Both the position numbers and the translations under genes were made by a program. Below, piece after piece: positions 8,901-20,653 of a DNA stretch of 32,773 bases. Source of the DNA: Perkinsus olseni (Eukaryota); NCBI GenBank assembly GCA_013115125.1, contig JABANN010000397.1, forward strand, positions 1 through 32,773. The letters run 5' to 3'. The notes beneath the pieces were generated by a model. That model searched no databases. It saw only the letters and a list, made by a program, of their open reading frames with translations, and was not told the DNA's origin. Every line of letters starts with the position of its first letter. Within the stretch, counting starts at the first letter, position 1.

Positions 8901-11900
8901 GGGCGTGAAGTCGAACGCCGATCCCCGGCTTAGTCAGACGAGTATCTTGATCTAACAGATTAGCCGGATTAACATAGGATTGCTTATGAAGTTTACAAAT
9001 CCTTTTTTATCCTTTTTTTGGCGTGGATATTTCAGAAGCACGCTTCTCATAGCCCGTCGGTCGGAGATGGACTTCTCAGCTTCTTCGTTGTGAAGTTGCG
9101 AAGGAGCCCTCTATAAGTAAACCGCCCGCAGTCCCTCCCTCTTACCCGCCTGTCCCTCTCCTGAGGTCGGAAGATCTGCGTTGTAACCCGTGACGGAGAA
9201 GGACAGCGGCGTGTCCTGGCAGACGACCACCCATCCCCCTTGCAGGTCGCGAGGTCAACCACCTTCTCAAGGACTGTGGTGGCGCCTAGTGTGACATCTA
9301 GTCTGCCGCCGCTAGACAAACAATAGAGAATCCTGTCGTTGCCGAACTCGAAGGTAGGTCCGTGAAAATCAGCGTGGTCGCAGAGATTTTTGAGCTCATC
9401 ACAGGCCAGCTGGTAACTGCAGCAGGGCTGCTTCCGATGGCTCCCCCAGAGAGTCCCCCTCCTCCCCTTACGCTGAGGGATCGTCAGCGGTAACGTCCGG
9501 CCTTTGGATCTGTTGCAGCTCCAGCACTTCCACTTGACGGCATGGCGTGAAGGTAAATGGACACGTCCATTCCTCCTCAGTGTCGAGTGGTGCAATTATC
9601 TGCAACAACCACATACCAGCTAGTGACAGCAGACAGCAACGCCGCGCTCATTCTCCAGCTCACCGTGCACGGAATCTCCTGGTCTGCTGGGGGCCTAGGC
9701 ATAGCCCCGCCAGCTGGAGGGGGCACGGCGCTGAGCAGATCGCTCGCCTCTGCTGGGTCTACTAAGCGGGGACCGAAGTAGTAGCCCGCCACTGGCGCGT
9801 GTATCAGTATCGACCCCGACTCGGGTATCTACGATGCATCAGGAACTGAGTGGCCATCAGGGCGACTCCTCCTACCCGAGAGATTGGGGTGAGGGAGAAG
9901 GTAAAAGTAGTAAAAAGACCATATGCAGGGTTCGAACTGACGACCGATGTCTCCGCCAGTTCAGGCAGTATCACATATCCCGTGGTGGCCCAGGTCTCCG
10001 GGGCACTTTCATGCAGCGTATGCGCTTCGATCCGCCAGAGGTTCAATTCCGGGGTCGACTGAGGGTTCATCACGTTAGTCAATATTTGCTCGTAGGTAGG
10101 CCCGGCCAACAGCGGCCTGCCCGTCCGCTCCTCCTCTTCATTTTTCAGCACTATCATGTTGCTCGTGATGAGTGTGCAGGAAATGTACCCGGGCAACTGG
10201 GCTGCGTCCGACAAGAGGGACTCGCCGAACTCCGCCCGAACGTCTTGAACGCTCACTAGCGTACTCGGATCGGTGCCCGGTATGGCATCTTCGATCTGCT
10301 CTGGCGTCGGATAGACGCAGGGCAAGCCGACCGCATCGACGGTGAGAGTATCCGGGGTCACTATCGTTATATTCGCCTGAGGTGGCAAAGTCTCGTACAG
10401 AGAGAAAGATATCTTCACCACAGTACGATACAGGCCGACTGGGCTCAAGGCTTGGATGAAGAAGTACCGGGCGCGGTGGCGGATCGGGAAGCCGTAGGCA
10501 GCTCCGTTGTAGTCGACCATAGTGCCATCAGCCAATGAGGTCTTCAGCTCCCATTTCTTCTCCTCAGTTTTGTAGTCCTCGAAGGGCGTCGATGGGTTTT
10601 CGATGAGTGCTCTGAACTGGTACGTCCCCGGCTCCAGGAAGGTCCCAGTAGGAGTCTTGAGGATAACAGTCCTCAGCCCGTCGCTACGACAGGTCGTCGC
10701 CGAGGGCAGTGCCCCCACGCCTTCTTCCTGTATCGCAGTGGAAAAGTAGCGGCAAACTGCTGGAAAATAGAAGCCCTCCGGAGCTGTCGCCATGATAAGG
10801 CCACCAGTGGGGTCCGACCGAGAGTTCGGCAGCAAAGTTGTGGTAGTGAACTTGATATCAATCGGGTTAGGCGCCGCCTCGCCGGGTATGGCATTGGCCG
10901 GATTGTAGGCGAAGACGCTGGGGTTGAGGATCTCCTGGATCTTCAGACCATCAATCCAACTCTCGCTCATGATGGTAGCCCGAGGGTTCTGCTCGTCCTT
11001 AATGAGTATGTTCCAGAAGTTGTGCGCCGGTGTCCCCATCGGGTTCGACACCCGAGCCTGGATGGCGTAGTCCCCTTTCGATAAAGTCCTCGGAAGGGTG
11101 ACCTCGGCTGTGTAGTCGTTGACCGGGCAGCGACAGACGAGGTCCTCAGGAGCAGGGAACTCCGCGTACCGCGTCCCCATCCCAGACGCTTCCTCGATCT
11201 CACAGCTCCGAGTGACAGCATTGCGCACCAGACTGAAGCCTTTAGGAGCGACGAGGATAAGAAGACCCCCAGCAGGGGCGTCGATCGTCAGCCCCATCAC
11301 GAACGTCACGACGTTGTCGGTTGAGCCCGCTCGACGATCTTCCCTGGTCGGCAAGGATATGTAGCGGGTATCGGACATCCGCTTGGTGAGACGAAAGCCA
11401 GGAATGGTTTTCTCTTCGACCACCTCACCACCGATGCGCGTTGAGAGAGTGAAGAAGTTGCTGGTCGGGTTGACATACAGCGAGTTAACCATATCAACGA
11501 CGAAAGAGTATCTAGTGTCCGCCTTCAAGCCTTGGTCAGGGTCGTCGAAATATCTGTCGGACAAGCAATGATCCCGACCGCGGAACGAGAGCCGCCACCT
11601 ACACGTGCAATTTGTTTCTAGCACTTTCCACTGAGTGTAAGACTGAGCACTCCTTCTCCTCGGGGAGGTGTCGTGTCGTTGTGTCAGTGGGCTCGATAGT
11701 AACCTCCTTGAGGGGGCAGATGAAGGTGAACCCCGGCGGGCCTTGGACCAGCAGCTCAGCCCTGCGACCTGCGGGGCGGCAGTGACCGCCACCTTGCAAA
11801 TTCGAGATTCCCACTTGACTGCGCACCCTGGGCGGGTACGGTAGAGACATCGCTGGTAGGCTCGAAGACGATCGTCGTTGGGTTCTCCCAGGCCTCTTTC

Positions 11901-14900
11901 ACTGAGCTGTAGGGCGTAACCGACACGTCCATCAAGACCTGGTGATAATGCACTTCGACGACGTGCGCGGCAAAGGACTCGCCTGTGTCCGGAATCCCTG
12001 GCCACCCATGCTGGCAACGTAGAGGAACGGTTCGTTGACATCCCCCGTAAGGCGATAGTGCTCCAACCACCATCGATTGGACACGGGGGCCTGGGCTGGC
12101 ACAGTGGCAACCGCCTTGAAACCGTACCTGCCGGTGATACAATCCAGGCCGGTGAGAGCGGGCGGGCCGAGCTCACTCGAAGCCCGCCTGCAGCTCCTCC
12201 AGGAGACGGAAGGAGAGGACGTTGGGCGTGAGGGGGTCCATGATGGGCTCGGTTGTGGCCATGGCAACGGCACCAGTATCAGCAGCAGTCGTGGAGAAGG
12301 CCAGGGCGGCTGCGACGGCCTCCGACCCACCAGTGCCATCGCCGGTGTACCTGGGAATGGATTTCAATACAACCGACGACGGATACGGCCCGCCTACCAG
12401 CTTATGCCCTCGGGGGCTCTGATCCTGAGGTAGTCATCATAGGGTATATTCTCGGCGGGCGAGAAGCGGATGACCACGTCCCTGTTGCCTTCATAACGGC
12501 TCTTTGGTACGACCACGAAAGAAGCAAACTCGCTAGGGTACAGCTCGAAGCCTGGTACTTTAGTAACATCCGCACCGATACCGTCTGGTCGGACTGTGTA
12601 CACGTACCACAAATTGCCCGACTCAGGCGGGGTTGAGGAGGGGTTCTCAAACTCTACGTCGAAGACCATCGTGTCACCAGCGATGACACTAGCTGGCTGA
12701 GGGAAGGTCAGTGTCATCTGCCTCCCTTCATTGCCCTTGCAGACAACCTCCGGCATCTTGACAGGGTTGAACTTGGGGCACCTTTTTTGCACTGTGAAGC
12801 CCTGCGGCGCGGTTATTATTATTTTAGCGTCCACAACATGGCCGAGGTACTGACTGGGAGTGAGGGTGAATCGAATGACGTTGGGGGCGCTGAGGACCTG
12901 GTTGGAGTGGGCCAGGCTGGCTACCATCTCCGCGTAGATCGGGAAGCCTCTGACGTCACGAGTGGCCGCTATGATGTTAGGGAAGGGCTCAGTAGCGTCC
13001 TGAAGGGTCCAGCAGGGGACCAGCTGCCAAACTGCGAAGATCCCTACCTGGACAATGATCTTCCAGCTGGTCGCACTGGCGGCCTCGGCAGGGTTCTCGA
13101 CCATCAGCCTCACAGTGTACTGTGTGTCCTTGAACGCGGTGGTCTGGACTATCTTCAGCTCCCATGTGTTATCAGCCACGTTCATCTCCCAGAGACCGAC
13201 CAAAGCGTCCTTGCCATCCACGGACTGTGGAGGGACACTCTCGACAATCTGACCAGGAGAGCTTCACAATGGCATTCGCCAGGAGTCGAACCGGGGACCT
13301 TTCGGTTAGCGGACCGACCTTGAAGCCTTGTGGGGGCTCAATGACGACGCTCCCAGCATGCGTTACCGTACTTCCTCTCACAGGCCGCAGTGGCTGTATC
13401 GTGTTGCCCGGGAAGAACTGTAAAGTAACCCATTGCTGAGAACTGGCCGCCTGATAATATTTCTCCAATCCACAGCGGAGTGATGCAAGTCCGTACTTGA
13501 AACTGCCAGGCCAGTATCTCGCCAATGGGCTCCCCAACGACATGAACCGGCCTGTCCAACAGCACTGTGTGGGGGTAACGGTCGATGTCTTGGTTTGAGT
13601 CACGAAGGCTCATGGCTACCCATACCATATTCACGGGCTCGGTGGGGTTGGGCAATCGCACCTACGGGAGGCGGGGGCAGGGCGATGTGGCAGCAGCAGC
13701 AGGGTGAAGATACACGGACTCGCTGTCATTTACAGTGCACGCCCGAGCCCACGGGTGACGAGTACCTGGAATTCGCTAGAGTGGTCCTGGGCGGGCGGGG
13801 AGTCGATGACGAGTCTGAAGCCGTTGGCCTGTGTCCCATCGGATCCTGGGTAAGCTCTTAGTATACAGCTACTGCCGGAGATGAACCGCTTAGTGGTGTA
13901 GCCCTGGCAGGCCGCGCCAGGGTTGCCTGGGAGAGACATCAACAGTAGCAGCGTTCCAGCCTGATACGAGACCGATGAGAATACTGAGACATCTATCTCC
14001 GATCTATCTGTGGCAGTTGTGATTAAGTTCATGCCATTCGTGACGAAGTATCGTGTCGTTTCTGTGTGTAAGTTGTCCCCTTGGCAACTCCTCCTCGGCG
14101 CAGCCTACTATCGACTATTCCTGTTCCAGTATAGTACCCCCACAATGGGTGACGAGGAAGGGACAACAACCCAGACCATCATTGAGCGAGCGTATCGGGA
14201 CGCCATAATCATCAACCCTACCAAGCCTCCACTTGTCGGTCGGGTGTGCTATAATGTCAATACTGTAAGCACTGTCCATGGTCCCCACCGTCTTCAAGGC
14301 GAATGTCATCAGCTGTATAACCCCAGTTTGGTAGGATTCCTGAAGGGCAACTGTGTCGACTGCCACCACCATCGCCCTCGGCAGCCCGCCACACTTGGGA
14401 ACGCAGTGTGAACTCGGTAACCCAGCCGTTGGTGTTCGAGGCCCCGTAGGTGTCCGCGTTCAACTTCACGATTCTCGTCAAAGCTCTGATGAGCAGGATG
14501 ATCCACAGGCAGCAGCAGAGGCGACCTCAGCACACTCACAGCGGAGACCTGGTCTGCTCCACGTAGCGAAGCTGATAGTACTCAATCATCAGACTGTAGG
14601 AGTTGAAGTTCCCTGAGGGACGCATCGCTCATCCAACCCGCCGTAGCCTTCTGGGTCGGACCTCCACTGTCTGGCAGTTCTACGCTGGGCATCATCATGA
14701 GGACGGTGAAGCTGTATCGCGTGGCCCTCTTCAGTCGCTTCTGTAGCTGTATCTTCATCTCTGTGGCGGAGGTCCTTGTTTTCCCCACTACCATCACTCA
14801 GCTGACTACTACCTCTGGTCGAGAAGTAACATGTCGACAGACCGGGGAAGCCCTCAGTAGCATCAATAACGTTAGCGCAGTCAGAAGCCTCCACAAAGCT

Positions 14901-15258
14901 GGCGAAGTCGAGGACAATACGTATCTGTAGAGCTCCAGTGGAGGAGGGCACGAGGATGCTGAGGAGCTATCACCTGCATGGCGGCTGAAACAGTGTCATC
15001 CTCATAGTCAGCATAGTCACTAGTCGTGAAGGTGAAGCGTACAGGGCCGAGCCTGCAACGACCAAGTCACGAGCAATGGCCCACTGCCCCCTCGCGACCT
15101 CACCCATCGGTATCATGAAAAGCACAGGTAGCGAAGGGGTCAGTAGTGAAGTACTGTTCCGAAGGGGGCAGAGTAGTGGTTGTAGTCGTTGGGGCTGTGG
15201 TCGTTGTTTGGGCGACCGCCACAGCCCACAGAAGGCTGCAGTAGACGGAAAGCAGCAT
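5938..15258 (-). CDS. Giant multi-exon cell-surface protein with repeated beta-rich modules, a signal peptide and a C-terminal hydrophobic (GPI-signal-like) tail
   Basis: Starts MLLSVYCSLLWAVAVAQTTTAPTTTTT at 15258. The junctions checked join in frame via short introns; not every junction was traced. Recurrent APxGF and NPxxxPxxNxW motifs. Ends GRASGLPLNPMLVLSMIVFAVM* at 5938. Confidence 0.75.
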
Positions 15259-15488
15259 GGTTACGGCTATGCCTGCTTATAGCGAACCTGATCTAACGCC
15301 TCGACTGTTGTTCACACTAATTCCACCCACTGTTCCAGCTCCCGCTGGGCCCGAATATCTTCCACGACCGACTTACCGATAAAAAGATACTAATCGTAAC
15401 AAACACTACACCAAGTGCTGGAACTAAAATGGCGATGAAATGAAGTGACATTTTACAACAGACATTTTAGTGATGATAAAATGAAGTA

Positions 15489-16411
15489 TCACGGATTGGA
15501 CAAGGACTTGTAGCGCAACACTTTCGCCACCGCCTTCTCGACGTCTCCTTTCGAAGAGATGAGCATACGGTCGGATACCTGTTGATGAAAACAGTATGAA
15601 CCGTCACTGCGCCACGAAATTGTCACAACCACAACTACGCAAGCGGCCAAATATCCTTTTCCCGCGTCAATCTCGTCCCTCTACTACGCTAACATATCGA
15701 TTATGCCGCCCCGTCCACGGTTGGAGTCCCATCAGGGGCACCGGCGAGCAATTCACTGCGCCACGAAATCGCCACCACCACTACCATACAGAAAGCCAAC
15801 TCTTCTCCTTCCATCCCAATTCTCCGGATTGGTCCGCGAAGATGCGTCGATGAAATCGATACTACTGGGCTACGAGAGTCTAGTATGCTGTCGTCCACAG
15901 CTAGAGTCCGAGTATCGGCACCCCAACTCACCCCAGAATGTAGCTCCGGGAACATCCGCTGCAGCTGGGCTAAGGCAAGCATGAGTGGTGAAGCTCGAAC
16001 CTCGATGATCTTCACCCCAGCCACGTCTGCAGTAGACGCGGCTGCCGCTGCTGCTGCCTCTGCTTCTTGGAAGCCTTCTAGATCTGTGAGAGAGGCGCCA
16101 GAGCTACTGACCGGCGCCGCCAGATCCTCCTCAGCGTTGCTGTTATGTCTCACACCCCCACGGTTCGGAAGGAACTCCAACGACGGTTGCCGTTGGACAT
16201 CCAGGGCGCCACCATGGCCCGCAGATTTCACCACTCCCTTGCTCGAAGAAGTGCTGGATACCGTCCGTTCCCTCGGCCCCGAGCCGCGTGCCCGGGCACG
16301 GTTCATTCGGGCGAAGACAGTCCTATTCTCAGCGGGTGTCACATCTGCACCAAAAGCAGAAGAGAAGAGATCGCCGTCGGACAAGGAGGCCTCCTGCTGT
16401 CGTGGGGGCAT
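15489..16411 (-). CDS. CUE-domain (ubiquitin-binding) protein, multi-exon
   Basis: Splicing 15931 (GTGAGT) to 15579 (CAG), together with the preceding short intron, yields IIERMFPELHSG|VSDRMLISSKGDVEKAVAKVLRY. This matches the CUE pattern MFP...L....GDVExA..LL. The N-terminus is low-complexity. Confidence 0.65.
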
Positions 16412-16641
16412 CGGCTGGCGACAGCACACAGAACCCTGCCGATGAGCGACACCGAGGCAGCCACGCTGCTGATGGAACCCAAGCAGGGGCGAGAAGATCG
16501 AAACAGCAAGTATCCACACCCTTAGAGGCAACAGCACTGACACGTGATGACGGAAGTGCCCCCCAGAGCACTCTGTACTACGATGACGTATAAACGCGAG
16601 CAACCACAAGCGAAAACAACAAAAGGTATCATCAACTTTTA

Positions 16642-18371
16642 TCAGATGTATCTACTGGGCGCTACTGAGGGGTAGTCCCTCTCAGCCAGTTGAGGAGGTG
16701 GACCAGCACTCATCGACGGCGGTCCATGGTCGTATTTTGGTATCCGGACGTTACGACCATCGGGCCCTCGGACGTACGCTCGTCCCTCGTAATCATAGAG
16801 CAGATCTCCGGTGGCAAAGTCGGCCTGGCCTTCCTCTCTGTGACGTCTGAGCGTGGTTCGATAATCACTTCACGATAAGTCCGCTGGCGATGATGTGTTA
16901 CCTCGGCGTGAAGAGAGATACTATTAGAAATGCTGGGAGGACCATGAACAACCACCCTCGGAAGGGACTCATACGATGCATGTCATAAGCATACCTGAAA
17001 TTACGGATTCGCGAATCGCTTCGCTCCGCTAAAGACGTACTGATCTTTCATCTGTTCTCCCCAAGCCATCCGCTCCCTCTCCATCCGTTGCCGACGGTAC
17101 TCCATCTCAATATCGTGCGCCCTCATTCTCGCGTGGAATCTGGCACGAGAAGGGCAGGCTTAGCACGAAAGCGCCATGAGCATGCTAAACCTTGAAGGGT
17201 GATGCCGAACGGAGCATACTAGGAGCACTGCTTTGCTACGCAGTAGTAAAGGCAGAAGGACAATAATCACCAGTAGCCACTTGACTCTTCATGGACGTTG
17301 TCGTCGCCCTAAATACTCCCACTACTGTGACAGCGGAACGAACGCGGACGCCTACGATGCATCTATCCACTGTAATATCACTCAGCGATGATATCAGTAT
17401 CGTCTGACCGCTCACCCGCTCCCTCCTATCATCATACTACTGCTGACAACAGGAGAGAGCGGCTCCTTCAATAGGACTACCGCAGTGCGACTCGTAATCT
17501 TTCGATTATTCTAATATGGATATACTATGAGGGGATTCAGAATGCATCTCCTCAGCCACTACGGCCACGAGAGGCTAATGACACGCTTGATTATCCCATA
17601 CGACCTACTACTACCGATGTCAGTGATTTACGAATCCTATTCTTCGTCGTAAAGCAAAACCGTACCACCGACTACCTTGCGTAACTCTCCTTCGGGCCAT
17701 GGAATCCAGCTCCTTCTCGTCTCTGCCATTCTTGGCCATAGGATGGGTTAGCAGCTAGTGGAAGAGGCATATACAGGCATGCCTCCTACCACTCCATGCC
17801 CTACTACTACCTTGATGATAAGCCTCATACGCCTCTCTGCTCCAAAACTGCTTCCCAGGCCCCCAAGGCTTGCCGTCATCCCGAGGCCGGCTTCCATTGT
17901 AGAACTGGCTGCCCCTGGCAGAAGATGATGAAGATGACGATGGGCCCTCCGTCGCTCGGAGCCTCTCATCGTATCTAAAGGTATCCTTCCCCAACCGCAC
18001 AGCTCATACCAACCATTTCGTAACCTATTCTACAATACAGCATATGGTACCATCGACTACATCACACAACGGCTTTACCCTCATTACTTATGCCGCTGAC
18101 CATCATCAGACAACACACTATAAGCCTCCTGTATCTCCTGGAAGAGCTTATCGGCTGAAACCACAACGCAGAGTCGGCCGACGCCGCCCCAACCAAGTCC
18201 ACTACCATTGGGCGCCTTGTTTACATCAGGATGATACTTCTTCGCTAGTGTAAGGTACGCCTTACGTATGGCCGGCTTACTAGCATCCTTCGCTACGTTC
18301 AAGGTTCTGTAGTAATTATGAACAGCCGACATGAAGGTGTCGCTGTGAACCACACAACACTTGGCAGCCAA
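16642..18371 (-). CDS. DnaJ/Hsp40 J-domain protein, multi-exon
   Basis: HNYYRTLNVAKDASKPAIRKAYLTLAKKYHPDVNK followed by ADKLFQEIQEAYSVLSD and YDE, with an intact HPD motif. The last exon reads DLLYDYEGRAYVRGPDGRNVRIPKYD. The start codon and internal exons are approximate. Confidence 0.8.
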
Positions 18372-18481
18372 TCTGACACCCTATAATTACCGCGCGCCAT
18401 TAAATCCATCAACGCAACAGCAGCTGACTTCTTTACGTAAGGAAACTATCGGACAGTAACGGTTGAGTAACCAACAGTAGC

Positions 18482-19820
18482 CTACTCTTCATCAGACGGT
18501 AGAGAAACTTTATTGCCAGACTTGCTAAGGTAAGCCTCGGGAATCTACACAGAAAAGCTACCAACCCTCATACGCAGGGAACCGTGCCTGGGATTACCTT
18601 GGAAAGCATGACATCATTAACATCCTCCCGTTTGCAACCCTTCCCAGCTGCTTCCTTCTTCAAATACCGAGTAACAACCTCGTCTCGAAGTTGTTTCCAA
18701 GGCATGCTGAGCATCGAGTCCATTATCCTACGGCTATCGACAACAGTACTACAACTACTACCTCTTCTCGGCAGTCCTCCTACGCTTGAGTGCTCGGTCA
18801 ATCTCTTCTTTCCAGCCACCCCACGCCTCATCCTCGACCGAACGCTTGTTATTGGGTGGGGGAGTAGCAGGCCCTGCACTCTGCACCAGCTGCCACAACT
18901 TCTTCATCTCCGATGGATTGTGCCTGGAGTCGCTTCAAGTCTGGTCTGTCGAATCTCTATAACGGCGCTACAATTTCAAACTGTTCTTGATGAAGTTATT
19001 GAACGCCTTCTCCTTCCTCGGAATATTATCATATCCCAACAAGGCGTCGACATAACCCCTCAATGGCCCTTGGTAGTTCTCAAATACCTACTTTTTCGCA
19101 ACTCCTACACAGTGAGAGTCCACTTTCTTACCTCCATAACGTTAGCCTGCCACCGGTCCTGCTTGGAACCCTCAGTGCTGCCCGATCCAGGCTTATAAAG
19201 CTTCCCCATGTACTTCTCCGCCTCCGATATGCACTTGTTATGTGCTGAGTACTCCTCACCGTAGAAGGTCTGGTTGCAGTCAACGCACGAGAGATACCTG
19301 ACAGCAGCCATTCAGGTGGTCGTCATCATAATCTTGATACTAAACAAACTACTCCGCGGCTCATAAACGAGTGAGCAAAGAATAATCAATCTTTTTAACA
19401 AGAAGTAGCGGTCGGGCCGAGAGGAGCTGTGTCTACGACCTACGCGTGCATTACCCTCTCTGGAGCGAACTCCCCCACACTGGACCACACCCTGGTGCAA
19501 AACCGAGGACTTCTAGGTCATCTGGCTGCCAGCCAGATGACCTAGAAGTCCTCGACAGGCCACTGAGTTTGTTAAGGGTTCAACGAATGACTTGACGATG
19601 GTAAGATCTAGGGAGCCGTAGCTTTCACACATACAATGAGAGATGCGTCTAAATACGCAAAACGCACTTGTTAGGTAGTAAGCTGGGTGCCGAAAAATGG
19701 ACCCCCGCGGAATAGAACCAGCGACCTTTTCCCGGATTACTCGCAATGCCTCTGCTGGAGATGATTTCGAACCTTGGGCTTCCTTATGGTCTCGCCACAG
19801 GCACATACGAAGGACACCAT
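18482..19820 (-). CDS. LYAR: LYAR-type C2HC zinc-finger nucleolar protein
   Basis: Exon 1 MVSFVCACGETIRKPKVRNHLQQRHC splices to EYLSCVDCNQTFYGEEYSAHNKCISEAEKY. A later exon has YDNIPRKEKAFNNFIKNSLK. Confidence 0.9.
19504..19554. repeat. Perfect 51-bp palindrome (25-bp arms, 1-nt centre) in LYAR intron 1
   Basis: CGAGGACTTCTAGGTCATCTGGCTG-C-CAGCCAGATGACCTAGAAGTCCTCG. Confidence 0.97.
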
Positions 19821-20140
19821 TGCAGGGCAGAGGGAACAACAACTACTGCCCAGCCGCCACATGTCCGTGGTCGTGCTTGGTGATCTCCCTCCCGATATTA
19901 ATGACTACCAACACAACACCTCATCAAGCACCGTGTATCTTCTGTCTACTCAGCTGAGGGTATCATTTCTCCCTGTATATCCTATTAAGAAACTGACCAG
20001 TCGCAAACTCAGGTGGGTAGACCGAGAAAATCGTCAGTCAGTACTGATAAGACAAAGCAAGGAACAATGATTTGTGTGATACAGAATGGTAGTGATGATG
20101 AAGTCAAATATAAGCAGAACGTTAGGAGGACCCCTGCCAC

Positions 20141-20488
20141 CTAGTAGGTAGCAGACGACGAAGTGGCGTTCACCACACGAGTGCAGGATAATAACAGACA
20201 GGTCACGAGAGCACTACTGAGAAGAACCGACAGCAACAGCGGCAGTAGGCGGGAGAGCGTGTCACCACGATGGGGTGACACACTCATCCACACCAGCTGG
20301 CTGCCACCGCCGAAAACAACTAAGGCAACCGTCAATGATGAGCCACTGTCAATGAGCATTGGCACCATAATCATCGATAGTTGAGGATAGACCAGACTCG
20401 CGATTGTGCCGAACTTAATTGCTTGGAAACTCGCGTTATAAACCGTCTCAATGAGAGTAGCTGATTTCTCCGCGATGAAACGCCTCAT
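20141..20488 (-). CDS. Possible small hydrophobic hypothetical protein
   Basis: ATG 20488 begins MRRFIAEKSATLIETVYNASFQAIKFGTIASL. The downstream exon structure is unresolved. Confidence 0.3.
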   Translation of the reverse strand: MRRFIAEKSATLIETVYNASFQAIKFGTIASLVYPQLSMIMVPMLIDSGSSLTVALVVFGGGSQLVWMSVSPHRGDTLSRLLPLLLSVLLSSALVTCLLLSCTRVVNATSSSATY

Positions 20489-20653
20489 CACCAGAGAACG
20501 GTAATAAGAGGATGTGGTGTTGTGGTGACTGGTGGTGATACGCTGGCAATCCCATAGTGATAACAGGTTGATATGATAACAGTCAACATCAACGACACAC
20601 ACTGGCTGCCGCTCGAGGTGGCAGCGGCATCATGACGGTAACAATAGTCTTGT

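Noticed and set aside
9804-12176. 790-aa ORF as a stand-alone gene
   Set aside because: Its N-terminal ~200 aa are off-frame or intronic, and the remainder is one large exon of the 5938-15258 gene.
15250-15268. GCCGTAACCAT resembling the 5' part of the dinoflagellate/Perkinsus spliced leader
   Set aside because: Short partial match with no TTGGCTCAAG half; chance level.
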